From: Octopus vulgaris
Lineage: Eukaryota
Assembly: GCA_951406725.2 (NCBI GenBank)
Contig: OX597818.1
Span: 124,248,001-124,312,000, forward strand
DNA: 64,000 nt
Reading direction: 5' to 3'
Shown here: positions 12,413 through 24,018 of the stretch, piece by piece
How positions within the stretch are numbered: position 1 is the first letter of the stretch
How the letters are laid out: each line of letters starts with the position of its first letter
Translations under genes and position numbers: made by a program
Notes under the pieces: generated by a model
Database searches by the model: none
Seen by the model: only the letters and a program-made list of their open reading frames with translations
What the model was told of the DNA's origin: nothing

Positions 12413-12423
12413 TAGTGGTGGTG

Positions 12424-12455
<32 letters not shown>

Positions 12456-12456
12456 G

Positions 12457-12487
<31 letters not shown>

Positions 12488-14030
12488 CGGTTGTAATAGT
12501 AGTAGTAGTAGTAGTGGTAGTAGTAGTAGTAGTAGTAGTAGTAGTAACTGACAAAAGCCAACCCAGTTACTAATGAGGAAACACGCGGTATTGGCGGTCA
12601 TGATGATGTTGTTGATGTTGTTGTTATTGTTGTTGGCGACGGCGAAGGTGGTGGCGGTGGTGTTATATTGATGGAGAAACTGGTAGTCAGTGGTGTAGTG
12701 ATGCTGGTTGGGGTGGGTGTATTGATGGTGTCAGTGGTTGCGATGGTGGTGGTGGTGGTGACGATGCGGTGGTGGTGGTAGCGTCTTCATTTATATTTGT
12801 TTTTGTTACTGCTATTTCGTTGCCGACTGGTAGTGATGGTAATGGTGGTGGTGGTGGTGGTGGTGGTGGTGGGTGTGACGGTGATGCTGATGGTGGTGAT
12901 GGTGGTGGTGGTGGTGATGGTGATGACGGTGATGGTTGTGGCGGTGGTGATGGTTGCGGTGGTGGTGGTGGTGGTGGTGATGGTGACCGTGATGCTGATG
13001 GTGGTGATGGTTGTGGTGGTGGTGGTGGTGGTGGTGGCGGCGGTGATGGTTGTGGTGGTGGTGGTGGTGGTGGTGGTAGTGGTGGCGGCGGTGATGGTTG
13101 TGGTGGTGGTCATGGTTGTGATGATGGTTGTGATGATGGTGGTGGTGGTGGTGGTGGTGGTGACGGTGATGCTGATGGTTGTGGTGGTGGTGATGGTGAT
13201 GACGGTGATGGTTGTGGTGGTGGTGGTGGTGGTGGCGGTGGTGGTGGTGGTGGTGTGATGGTGGTGTCGATAGTTGTGGTGGTGGTAGTAATGGTAGTAG
13301 TAGTAGTAGTGGGAGTGATAATATTGCTGCTAGTGGTGGTGTTGATGGTACATGTCGTAGTGGTAGTGTTACTTGTAGTACAAGTGGTGTAACTTGTAGT
13401 TGCGGTGATGGTAATGGTGGTATTTCTTGTAGCAGTGGTAATGGTGGTAGTACTTGTTGTGGTAGTGGTGATGGTGGTGGTACATGTTGTGGTAGTGGTG
13501 ATGGTAGTAGTAGTTGATATTGTGGTGGTGGTGGTAGTGGTGGATGTTGTGGTGGTAGTGTGATCATGGTAGTGGTGGTGATGATCGTAGTAGTGGTGGT
13601 CATGGCCGTCGTCGTCGTTGTGATGGTGGTGGTAATGATACTTGTTACTATGGTGGTGGTGGTGGTGTTGGTAGTGGTGTTGGTGGTGGTGTTGTTGTTG
13701 TTGGTGGTGGTGGTGTGATCATGGTAGTGGGGTGGTGATGATCGTAGTAGTGGTGGTCATGGCCGTCGTCTTCGTCGTGATGGTGATGGTAGTGATACTC
13801 CTTACTGTGGTGGTGGTGGTGGTGTTGGTAGTGGTGTTGGTGGTGGTGGTGGTGGTGTGATCATGGTAGTGGGGTGGTGATGATCGTAGTAGTGGTGGTC
13901 ATGGCCGTCGTCGTCGTTGTGATGGTGATGGTAGTGATACTTCTTACTGTGGTGGTGGTGGTGGTGATAGTGGTGGTGGTGGTGGTGGTGGTGGTGGTAG
14001 TGGTGGTGGTGGTGGTGGTGGTTGAAGTAG
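11995..14030. repeat. Compound trinucleotide tract (TAG/TGG/TGA) with internal duplications
   Basis: The anchor TTTTGGCGGCGTTGGAGATGAAGTTG occurs at about 12080 and 12240. GTGTGATCATGGTAG...CATGGCCGTCGTC occurs three times, at about 13558, 13714 and 13856. Confidence 0.9.
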
Positions 14031-14699
14031 TATAGTGGTCGTAAATATTATCAGAGTTGTCGACGTCGTGCTTGTCCCACGGGCTTGGCAGCCTTTCGAC
14101 TTTTTTTTTCTATCCAAAAGGCTTTCTCGACCCAATATTTATTTACAATCTATTTTATAGCTTTATGTGTGTGTGCTTCGAGCTATACTACTCCAAAACT
14201 AAAAAAAAAAAACAAAAAAAACCCCCAAAAGCAAGTAAAAAATTAGATCTCTTATTGTCTTAATATTGTTGTTACTGTTCTTCTCGCTGCTGTAAGCTGG
14301 TTCATGTTGTGATGGTGATGGTAGTAATGGCGGCCGTGTAGGAATGGCGGCCGTGGTAGCGCTGTTCACGATTGTAAGAGTTAACAGTTATTGTTGTTGT
14401 TGCTGCTACAACTGCTGCCGGCGGCGGCGGCGGCGGTGGCTGTGGTTTATTGATTCGTGTGTTGCTGAAACTGTTGTTGTTAATATTATGTTGTGTGTCA
14501 TTAGCAAAGATCTGGTGCATTTCACGAACAGTACACAGTTTTATAATACAGCACTATTCCGTACCGTAGTGTACTGTAGTGTTCAATACACTACGATACA
14601 GTAGTGCTGGCGGCGTTGGTGGTGGTGGTGATAGTGGTGTTGATGGTAGTGGTGGTGGTGGTAGTGGTGGTGGTGGTGATGGTGGTGATCTGCGTGGCA

Positions 14700-15345
14700 C
14701 GGTCGTTGCTTAACCCAACCCAGGTCAGTCCTGATTTGAGACCTTTTGATTTAAAGGTGTTCTCTCCGTCGTCGACCCGTTTTTTTAGTTTATATAATAT
14801 ATTACAGTACGTCCCTACTTTTCTGTTTGGGCGGTTAGGGTATGATTTCAGAGAGGTTTGGCTGCTATTTCTTACGAGCCAACTCGTAAATGCAGCCTTT
14901 GGTGGTGGTGGTGGTGGTGGTGATGGGTTGATGATGGTATTGATGGTAGTGATGGTGGTCGTGGTGATGATGGTGGAACCGTCGTTGGTTAAACCAACCA
15001 AGCTCAGCCCCGACTGGGGGGAACCTATGATCAAAAGCGTTCTCACCATGACCGCCCCGTCTTCTGTTTCTTTTAACACTGCACCGAGGCCTGATAATAC
15101 AATGTGCCCCCTTTACGTTCTGAGTTCAAATTCCGCCGAGGTCGACTTTGCCTTTCATCCTTTTGGGGTCAATAAATAAGTACCAGTTGCACACTGGAGT
15201 CAATCTAATCGACTGGCCCCCTCCCCCCAAATTTTGGGTCTTGTGCATGGAATAGAAAAGAATACAATGCACCCCTTCTTCCTGTTGGGCGATAGAATAG
15301 GATATCAGAGAGAGAGATTTGGTTGCTATTTCTAGCGAACAAACT
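14700..15345 (+). mobile_element. Two old copies of a ~250-bp dispersed repeat, the second interrupted by a SINE B variant (about 15110-15262)
   Basis: Shared blocks ..CCAGGTCAGTCCTGA..ACCT(A/T)TGAT(C/T)AAA.. and ..GAGA(G/T)TTTGG(C/T)TGCTATTTCT.. recur at about 27880-28005(-), 44545-44670(-), 56150-56580(+) and 63350-63475(-). Confidence 0.6.
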
Positions 15346-15694
15346 AGTATAAGTTGCTTCTTGTGGTGATGATGATGATGATGGTGGTGGTTAGTGGTAG
15401 CGGCGGCGGTGATAAAATTTGAGAGGCAGAGATGGCAATGGGTGAGGTGGAGTGAGAAAAAGCAAAGAAATTCGGTCGATGGATCGATCAACGGGAGGAG
15501 AGGAAGAGGAGGAGGTGTACTGAAGTGGGAATAAGAGGGAGAGAGAGAGAGAGAGGTTGGGGAGGAGAAGAGAAGGAGAATGAGGAAGAGTTGTATCGAT
15601 TGAATGACTGAAGTGAAGCGGCAGGGTTGTTTGTGTGTATGTGTGTGTGTTTGTGTGCATATTATGCATTGTAGTTGACACCCTCTATGTGTAA

Positions 15695-15728
15695 ATGTGT
15701 GTTTGTATGTGAGTGGGGGAGCCAGTTA

Positions 15729-15759
<31 letters not shown>

Positions 15760-16058
15760 TGTGTGTGTGTGTTAGTGTGTGTGTGTGAAATACTGCGAGA
15801 TGTTGACTCAGTGCGTGAATGTCGAAGATTCGTGCGCTCTTCTATGTATGTATGTATGTATGTATGTATGTATGTATGTATGTATGTATGTATGTATGTA
15901 TGTATGTATGTATGTATGTATGTATGTATGTATGTATTTATGTATGTATGTATGTATGTATGTATGTATGTATGTATGTGTGTGTGTATGTATGTATGTG
16001 TGTATGCATGTATGCATGCATGTATGAATGTATGCATGTATGCATGTATGTATGTATG

Positions 16059-16090
<32 letters not shown>

Positions 16091-16356
16091 AATGTATGTA
16101 TGTATGCATGTATGAATGTATGTATTTATGTATGTATGTATGTAAGTATTTATGTATGTATGTGTGTGTGTATGTATGTATGTATGCATGTATGTATGTA
16201 TTTATGTATGTAAGTATGTATGTATGTATGTATTTATGTATGTATGTATGTATGCATGCATGTATGTGTGTACATGTATGTATGTATGTATGTATGCATG
16301 TATGTATGTATGAATGTATGATTGTATGTATGGATGTATGTATGTATGTATTTATG

Positions 16357-16388
<32 letters not shown>

Positions 16389-17506
16389 TGTATGTATGTA
16401 TGTATGTATGTATGTATGTATGTATGTATGTATGTATGTGTGTATGTATGTATTTATGTATGTATGTATGTATGTAAGTATTTATGTATGTATGTGTGTG
16501 TGTATGTATGTATGTATGTATGTATGTATCTATGTATGTATGTATGTATGTATGTATCTATGTATGTATGTATTTATGTATGTATGTATGTATGTATGTA
16601 TGTATGTATGTATGCATGCATGTATGCATGTATGTATTTATGTATGTATGTATGTATGTATGTATGTATGTATGTATGTGTTTATGTATGTATTTATGTA
16701 TGTATGTATGTATGTATGTATGTGTGTGTATGTATGCATGTATGTATGAGTGTGTGTGTGTGTATGTATGTATGTTTATATATATATATTCTAGCGTAGC
16801 TAGCGGCGGTAGGGGTGGTCCGCCCTGGGTGACACTTTTAAATGGGTGGCACTTTTGTGTCTACTGTAGGCAATATGTGTTTTTTCTGGGGTTCGGCAGC
16901 GGCACACAGTCTAGCTATATGTATATAACATGTATAGACACATACATACAAACATACATACATACAAGCACGCATACATGCATACATACATATACGAATA
17001 CATACATACATACATACATACATACATACATACATACATACATACATACAAACATACACACATACACACAATGCATAAATACATACATACACGCATACAT
17101 ACATACATACATACATACACACATACACGCATACGTACATACATACATACATACACGCATACGTACATACACACATACATACATACACACATACATACAT
17201 ACATGCATACATACATACACGCATACATACATACATACACACATACATACATACACACATACATACATACATACATACATACATACATACATACATTCAT
17301 ACATACATTCATACATACATACATACATTCATACATAAATACATACATACACGCATACTTACATACATACATGCATTCATGCATTCATACATACATACTT
17401 ACATACATACATACATACGTATATACACACACATACATATATACTTACATAGAAGAGCGCACTAATCTTCCACATTCACGCACTGAGTCAACATCTCGCT
17501 GTATGA

Positions 17507-17565
<59 letters not shown>

Positions 17566-17580
17566 AACACACGCAAACAC

Positions 17581-17614
<34 letters not shown>

Positions 17615-17665
17615 TAACTAACTAACTAACTAACTAACTTCCTACTCACGCTTACAAACACACGT
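15695..17665. repeat. ~2-kb inverted-repeat (foldback) structure
   Basis: Unique block 15785-15847 is the reverse complement of 17447-17512. (TATG)n faces (CATA)n and (TG)n faces (CA)n, around a 125-bp unique centre. Confidence 0.85.
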
Positions 17666-17894
17666 GAATCGTTTGCGTTTTTTTTCTTCCCTCCGACTTC
17701 CTTTTTCTCTCGGACTTTCCCCTGTCTCCTATTTCCAAAGATGAACTTTGCTCGAAACATAAAACCACCTTTCTTTTATTCCCTGAGCGTCTGCTAATAC
17801 TTTGCATGTACCACATCCTCACGTTGTTTCTGTTCTTTTTGTCATTGTTCTTGGTTTTTCTTTTGGTGGGGGTGATTTATATATATATATGTAT

Positions 17895-18066
17895 AGGCGT
17901 GGGAGTGGCTGTGTGGTAAGTAGCTTGCTTACGAACCACATGGTTCCGGGTTCAGTCCCACTGCGTGGCACCTTGGACAAGTGTCTTATACTATAGCCTC
18001 GGGTTGACCAAAGCCTTGTGAGTGGATTTGATAGACGGAAACTGAAAGAAGCCCGTCGTATATATG

Positions 18067-18113
<47 letters not shown>

Positions 18114-18330
18114 ATGTGTGTGTATATGTTTGTGTGTCTGTGTTTGTCCCCCCAACATCGCTTGACAACCGATGCTGGTGTGTTTACGTCCCCGTAAATT
18201 AGCGGTTCGGCAAAAGAAACCGATAGAATAAGCACTTGGCTTACAAAGAATAAGTCCTGGAGTCGATTTGCTCGACTAAAGGCGGTGCTCCAGCATGGCC
18301 GCAGTCAAAATGACTGAAACAAGTAAATAA
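17895..18330 (+). mobile_element. SINE family A, full length
   Basis: Head to tail match. Confidence 0.9.
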
Positions 18331-18419
18331 AAAAAAAAAATAAAAAATATGTACGCGCACACACGCACGCGCACAAAATCTGGTATGTGCTTATACAAGT
18401 TAGTTGTTACAGGCGGAAG

Positions 18420-18920
18420 AAAGAAAAGGACGTTTATCACGTGGCAACTCCCCATAAAACAACTCCTTAGGTAACCTGTCATCCTGCATCCTACTAAGGC
18501 GCCCAACTCAATTCATCTGATTGTATATGAAAAGCATTTCAATGCCGGATGTGTTGGCATGCTGAAGACGAACGATGTCTGGTGTTAGAAACTGCCATTT
18601 GCTGCTTAAGATCCTGCCAAGGCACGTTTGATGGAATCTTTCCAAAACCTTGATGTAACGACGATAGTCCAAGTCCCAGAAGAGTACAAAGGGCAGTTAA
18701 AGCGCGTGATTCATAGAATCTGAGTTTGGCTTTGATGGTGATGCTTCTATCAAACTAGACACGATTTTCGAATATTTTGTTGGCTTTTTCGATCTCAGAT
18801 TTCTTTCAGAATCAAGAAATTCATCTTTAGAGAGAGTGCTGCCAAGTAGACGAAAGAGTCGACAACATCCAACCTTGTACCCCGGAAAAAGATGTTAGGT
18901 TCGACGTAAAGGCTGGCCTG
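18420..18920 (-). mobile_element. RTE-clade LINE remnant
   Basis: Minus-strand peptides RLDVVDSFVYL and RMQDDRLPKELFYGELP match the RTE motifs (L.VVD.F.YLGS; RM.D.RLPK.LFYGEL). Frameshifted. Confidence 0.75.
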
Positions 18921-19059
18921 GAGGCTGAGAGAAAATAAACTTTGTCCAAAAAGCAGTGTAAATGAAACATCAGAACAATGATTTTCACTATCATGATTCG
19001 TTCCGATGAGTGATTTGTTCATTATGTTACAGCACAATTATATTTATATGTATATATGT

Positions 19060-19127
<68 letters not shown>

Positions 19128-19692
19128 TGATTTATTTATTATTTATTTATATGTAAGATGAAGGATTTAGCACCGCTGATGTAACTGGACATAGATTACG
19201 AAACACCTGTCAACAAATGGAATAAACATCTCTCACTTTCCTTATTTAGTTAATGTGTGTGTGTGTGTGTGTGTGTACTTCAAAGATGAGAGTGTACTTC
19301 CGAAAAGAAGCATACTGTAAAACTTCATGGCCGGTCAGAGAGTGACCATTGCTTTCCCACCTCTATGGTTCTTAGCAGTATAGGTAACTCGATGGCAGAG
19401 GCACATAACTTTCCTTCTTTTTAGTCAGTGTCCCCATCATGAAATTCCTCGGTTGCCGACTAGCGAAAAGTAATTATCCATATACTGTCCCTTTTCAGAC
19501 GCAATTGGAAGCGAAGTAAGGGAGATAACGCCATCTTGTCAACACGCCACCCTTCACCTTCCGCTCCGAATAGTCCAACGGTGGAATTTCGTGTCGGGAT
19601 TTTTCTTTACAGTTCCAGCTGACCAAGAGTCTTTCCTATTTCCAGTTATAGAGAGGTTATGTGCCTTCGGCCATCAAGTCTGCAAAGTCACC

Positions 19693-19910
19693 TATACCTA
19701 TTTCTTTACTACCCACAAGGGGCTAAACACAGAGGGGACAAACGGATTAAGTCGATTACATTGACCCCAGTCCGTAACTGGTACTTAATTTATCGACCCC
19801 GAAAGGATGAAAGGCAAAGTCGACCTCGGCGGAATTTGAACTCAGAACATAACGGCAGACGAAATACGGCTACGTATTTCGCCCGGTGTGCTAACGTTTC
19901 TGCAGGCTCA
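19693..19910 (-). mobile_element. SINE family B
   Basis: Reverse copy of the B consensus. Confidence 0.85.
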
Positions 19911-20092
19911 CCTATACCGCTAAGAACCTTATAGCAATGATCATTCTTTGACCCAATGTTTCTTAATCAGAGTTCCCCGGAACCCTAGGGTTCGACAAAA
20001 GCTTCCTAGAGATTCTACGAGAAAGAGAGATAAGCCAATACTAATTTCAGGATCGTAATATTATTATACATGCACAACATATTATTGGTTAT

Positions 20093-20433
20093 CGTGGAGG
20101 CGCAATGGCCCAGTGGTTAGGGCAGCGGATTCGCGGTCGTGGGATCGCGGCTTCGATTCCCAGACTGGGCGTTGTGAGTGTTTATAGAGCGAAAACACCT
20201 AAAATTCCACGAGCCCTCCGGCAGGGGGTACTGGTGAACCCTGCTGTACTCTTTCACCACAACTTTCTCTCACTCTTTCTTCCTGTTTCTCTTGTACCTG
20301 TATTTCAAAGGGCCAGCCTTGTCACACACTGTCACGCTGAATCTCCCCTGAGAACTACGTTAAGGGTACACATGTTTGTTGTTCCGTTGATCGGATCAAC
20401 TGGAACTCTCGTCATCGTAACAGACGGAGTGGC
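20093..20433 (+). mobile_element. tRNA-headed SINE family C
   Basis: A box TGGCCCAGTGG and B-box-like GCTTCGATTCC. 12-bp TSD ATTATTGGTTAT (20081-20092 and 20434-20445). Homologous to 37193-37577. Confidence 0.85.
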
Positions 20434-20567
20434 ATTATTGGTTATTGTAATATTGTAATACAGACATCATCCTATCTAACCAATTATGTTATCAAAAACA
20501 TATGACAACCATATATATGTAACGATAAAGTTTTTAGGTTAAAGTTGATTAGGTACAATAATATGAA

Positions 20568-20888
20568 ACGTCGGAGTCAGCAGTTGTAACGATAAAAATT
20601 TGTTGTTATAACGGCATGTTGTAGGATGCGAAAGATGAACAATGCATGAAGTTTCATAACAGTGCATGAAAGTATTTATTGACCGTTACGTTGAAAATAC
20701 CTTGCCTCGTCGGGCAGGTTATAAAATCGGAGAGCATGCGATAGAAAGTTAGATGAGGTAGAATTTTTCTTTGTATAGTTTTGTGTACGTCCTCTTAACA
20801 GTAAGCCACCGATAGCGATAGAATGATGTTGTAAGAGAACAGAAATAAAGCTAGTGAAAGCTGTAGGGTTGTGGGGCGTTGTCTCACA
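20568..20888 (-). mobile_element. Possible LTR 3' end with tRNA-Trp primer-binding site (Gypsy-like relic)
   Basis: Minus strand reads AATAAA ... CGTTACA|AC|TGCTGACTCCGACGT, a 13/15 match to TGGTGACCCCGACGT (complement of the tRNA-Trp 3' end). The LTR start is uncertain. Confidence 0.4.
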
Positions 20889-21549
20889 TTTGCTGACACT
20901 AAATTTCATTTCTCTCGCTGACCATTGGCTTTAGTCGCTGCCTTGATTGTGATCATGATTCTAGCGTTCCGCTCCCTAACTGATGATAGCTCCTCTGATT
21001 CGGTTATCATTCGCTAACTAACTTATTGAGTTGTCACGAACTGACTGGCTAACTATCTTTTTGCTTGGGGGTTCTTGCTTTTATAACTATCCAGAAGGAT
21101 AAACATATCATTGAGAACAATGGGCTTCGTTGGTGGTACTGTGATATTTCTATTCTAGCTTTTGGTGAAGTAGAAAAGGTTAGAAAGGGTGAAGTGGTGA
21201 TGACATTATTTCGGCTTAAGCTAAGGCAATCTGGCAAATGTAAAACTGCTATCACAGAAAAACTATTGTTTTACAGTGAGAAAAGTTCTGTTGAAGTGTT
21301 AATTTAAATTTGACTATGGTGGATCGAATCCACTTCATACCTGCAAGATCCACTACATCACTCCCTTCGCCAGTGAGGTTCCGGTAAGGAAACGAAGGCT
21401 CGAAGGACAGAAAGAAATGCATGGTTAAGGAGAAATTTTGCACATCAGGAAAGAGGGTCAGTGTAGTGTATACGGGACAGTTTTCTATTCGGAATAGTTC
21501 GAATAGCGATATCGCTTTGCGTGCCAAAAGGGGTACAGTCAGTGACTGG

Positions 21550-21649
21550 NNNNNNNNNNNNNNNNNNNNNNNNNNNNNNNNNNNNNNNNNNNNNNNNNNN
21601 NNNNNNNNNNNNNNNNNNNNNNNNNNNNNNNNNNNNNNNNNNNNNNNNN
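21550..21649. other. Assembly gap (100 N)
   Basis: Run of n. Confidence 1.
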
Positions 21650-21655
21650 ATATAT

Positions 21656-21867
21656 ATAAATGAAAGAATGGAGTCGAACGACGATTTTAACAACATTCCT
21701 TTACTCTCGACACATGTTTCGAAGGCTGCATATTCCTAATTCCGATGAGATGGCGGTATAATGCACCCTTTATTCCTTCGGAATTAGGAATATGCAGCCT
21801 TCGAAACATGTGTCGAGAGTAAAGGAATGTTGTTAAGATCGTCGTTCGACTCCATTCTTTCATTTAT
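21656..21867. repeat. 90-bp-arm palindrome derived from a hammerhead-bearing element
   Basis: Arms 21656-21745 and 21778-21867 differ at one position, with a 32-bp loop. It contains TTCGAAACATGTGTCGAGAGTAAA, shared with 24084-24107. Confidence 0.9.
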
Positions 21868-22014
21868 TCATAGTTAAAAAAACACACAAATTTACACACG
21901 AGAACACGGGACCCCTGCCCTTGGCATATAGCTTCAACCGTGTTTTCTGACGTGAATTTGCTACCCAGGTATCGGTTAACCGAATTATCCATACTAGGAT
22001 AATTCATTCACCTT

Positions 22015-22095
<81 letters not shown>

Positions 22096-22130
22096 AAATA
22101 TATGTATACATATATGATTATATATATCTA

Positions 22131-22268
22131 TCTTTCTGCCGAAGAGCGTAGGCTCGAAACGTAAAAAACTTGTTCTATTTCTATTCCTGAGAGCTATACT
22201 AATACATTTGTTTGTTTGTACACCACCTGCCTTCGTCTTTGGTTTATTTTCGTAAACTTTCCCGTTAT
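22131..22268 (+). mobile_element. TA-embedded pLTR-like element with degenerate hammerhead motif
   Basis: CTGCCGA-A-GAGC(GTAG)GCTC-GAAA-CG-TA. Relatives occur at about 17665-17875, 33750-34115 (two in tandem), 56250-56460(-) and 63092-63300(-). Confidence 0.6.
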
Positions 22269-22283
22269 ATATATATTCACACA

Positions 22284-22677
22284 CGAGAGGGTGCTGAAAA
22301 GTTCCTGGCTTTAAGGGTGTCGCGAAAGGCCTGGCTGGAGGCCCAACTTACCGAGTTGTTTTACAGGGCTTAGAAAAACTGAAGGACCGCTGCAATAAGT
22401 GTGTGGGTCTGAGAGGTGAATACTCTTACTCTCTTTTTTACTCTTTTACTTGTTTCAGTCATTTGACTGCGGCCATGCTGGAGCACCGCCTTTAGTCGAG
22501 CAAATCGACCCCCCAGGACTTATTCTTTGTAAGCCTAGTACTTATTGTATCGGTCTCTTTTGCCGACCCGCTAAGTGACGGGGACGTAAACACACCAGCA
22601 CCGGTTGTCAAGCGATGTTGGAGGACAAAAACAGACTCACAAACACACACACACATACACACACACACACACAAACA

Positions 22678-22741
<64 letters not shown>

Positions 22742-22981
22742 CGACGGGCTTCTTTCAGTTTCCGTCTACCAAATCCACTCACAAGGCTGTGATCGGCCCG
22801 AGGCTATAGTAGAAGACATTTGCCCAAGGTGCCACACAGTAGGACTGAACCCGGAACTATGTGGTTGCTAAGCAAGCTACTTGCCGCACAGCCACTCCTG
22901 CTGTGGTGAATAAAATCGTAATTAACTGATCCTCCTGTATTTTCTTTTACCCAAACCCAAGAACCTGTCAGCACCACCTCG
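22284..22981 (+). mobile_element. Mariner-derived MITE interrupted by SINE A (22423-22900, minus strand)
   Basis: TIRs CGAGAGGGTGCTGAAAAGTTCCTGGCTTT and AAACCCAAGAACCTGTCAGCACCACCTCG. The internal peptide LQGLEKLKDRCNKCVGLRGEY resembles a mariner transposase C-terminus. Confidence 0.8.
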
Positions 22982-22991
22982 CGCGCGCGTG

Positions 22992-23769
22992 TACAGAGTG
23001 CAAAATTTACATTAAAAATATCTTGAAATACGAAAGACTAAATTTATTCAATACAATCGCCATTGGCTTCAACTACCGTCTCCAGACGATTTCAGAATCT
23101 CCTGCAACTCTTCTGGACAGTCTCCTTGTTTAAGTTGGTAAATGCTGCCATAATCCTTACCTTTAGTTCATCTTTGGTGTTACAAGGAGTCTTGTTGGCC
23201 TCTCGCTCAACTGCGCTCCACACATAATAAACAAGGGGATATCAGTTGCTAGGGGTGATGTGGTCACAGAAATTGTCTGACAGTCATGACTGGATTCTCC
23301 TGCTTGTTTGGCATGGTGCAGAGTCCTGTTATCAAACATAGGGTCTTCCAGCAGCCACCCTCTTGACCCAGGGCAGCACTACCTCTTCCAGGCACTTGAT
23401 GTAGGCATCCATGTTGAGTTTGTGGCCGTGTAGGAAGATAAATGGAAGCATAACGTAGCCATCACTAGTGATCACTCCAAACACCATGATGTTCACTGGA
23501 TGTTTGATTTTTATCACTCTCGGTACATGTCCTCAGATTAACACTCAAAAACTCTGAAATGTTCATATTGAAGCTTCCGACGCGAATGGCAAGCAGTACA
23601 GCATGTTGTTTTCAAATACTCTCAGGGAGAATTGCGTCATAGTGCTGGTTTCCTCACAGACAGTGCCCAACTGACCCTACTATACTGTGTAGTCGACAAA
23701 ATCAAAAACAATGTGCATGCACGAAATAAAAAATATAAAATGGCGACAATTCACCCATCACATCCTGTA
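22992..23769 (-). mobile_element. Tc1/mariner-superfamily transposon remnant with decayed transposase
   Basis: KHPVNIMVFGVITSDG...YIKCLEEVVLPW...RPYV*.QDSAPC are DD(D/E) transposase motifs. The end reads TACAGGATGTGATGGG next to TA. Confidence 0.85.
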
Positions 23770-23774
23770 TATAT

Positions 23775-23843
<69 letters not shown>

Positions 23844-23844
23844 A

Positions 23845-23985
23845 TACAAAAAGGTACAGCAAAACATTCAAATAGACGATACAAAAAAAAAAAACAAGGA
23901 CGGGTCATTCGAAGCCCTCTATCCTCAGTCAAGCACCAGATTATCGTCGCAATTTCGGTTGATTATTCTTGAGATTGCTCCAATA
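23845..23985 (-). mobile_element. TA-embedded short element, possibly pLTR-like
   Basis: Bounded by (TA)n on both sides. The minus strand has CCGAAA...CTGAGGA but no convincing stems. Confidence 0.35.
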
Positions 23986-24018
23986 TATATATATATTATT
24001 GACGAGTTTCGTTTTTTC

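Noticed and set aside
11664-13603. Poly-Thr, poly-Gly, poly-Val and poly-His ORFs (also 54653-55898 and 39505-40383)
   Set aside because: Trinucleotide tracts are open in several frames on both strands, with no domain or splice support.
15763-17625. Long ORFs of MYVC, HTYI, IYLS or IY repeats (also near 2500, 30200, 35100, 36000, 47700 and 50200)
   Set aside because: These are stop-free translations of (TATG)n, (GATA)n and (TA)n microsatellites, with no protein-like content.
19176-19211. CTGAT-GTAA...TTAC-GAAA-CACCTG-TC as an active ribozyme
   Set aside because: G8-A9 are missing and stem I does not pair. Counted only as a decayed relic.
20093-20170. tRNA genes (also 7303, 37500 and 41720)
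   Set aside because: The tRNA-like heads continue into SINE bodies, some with TSDs, and lack a proper acceptor stem.
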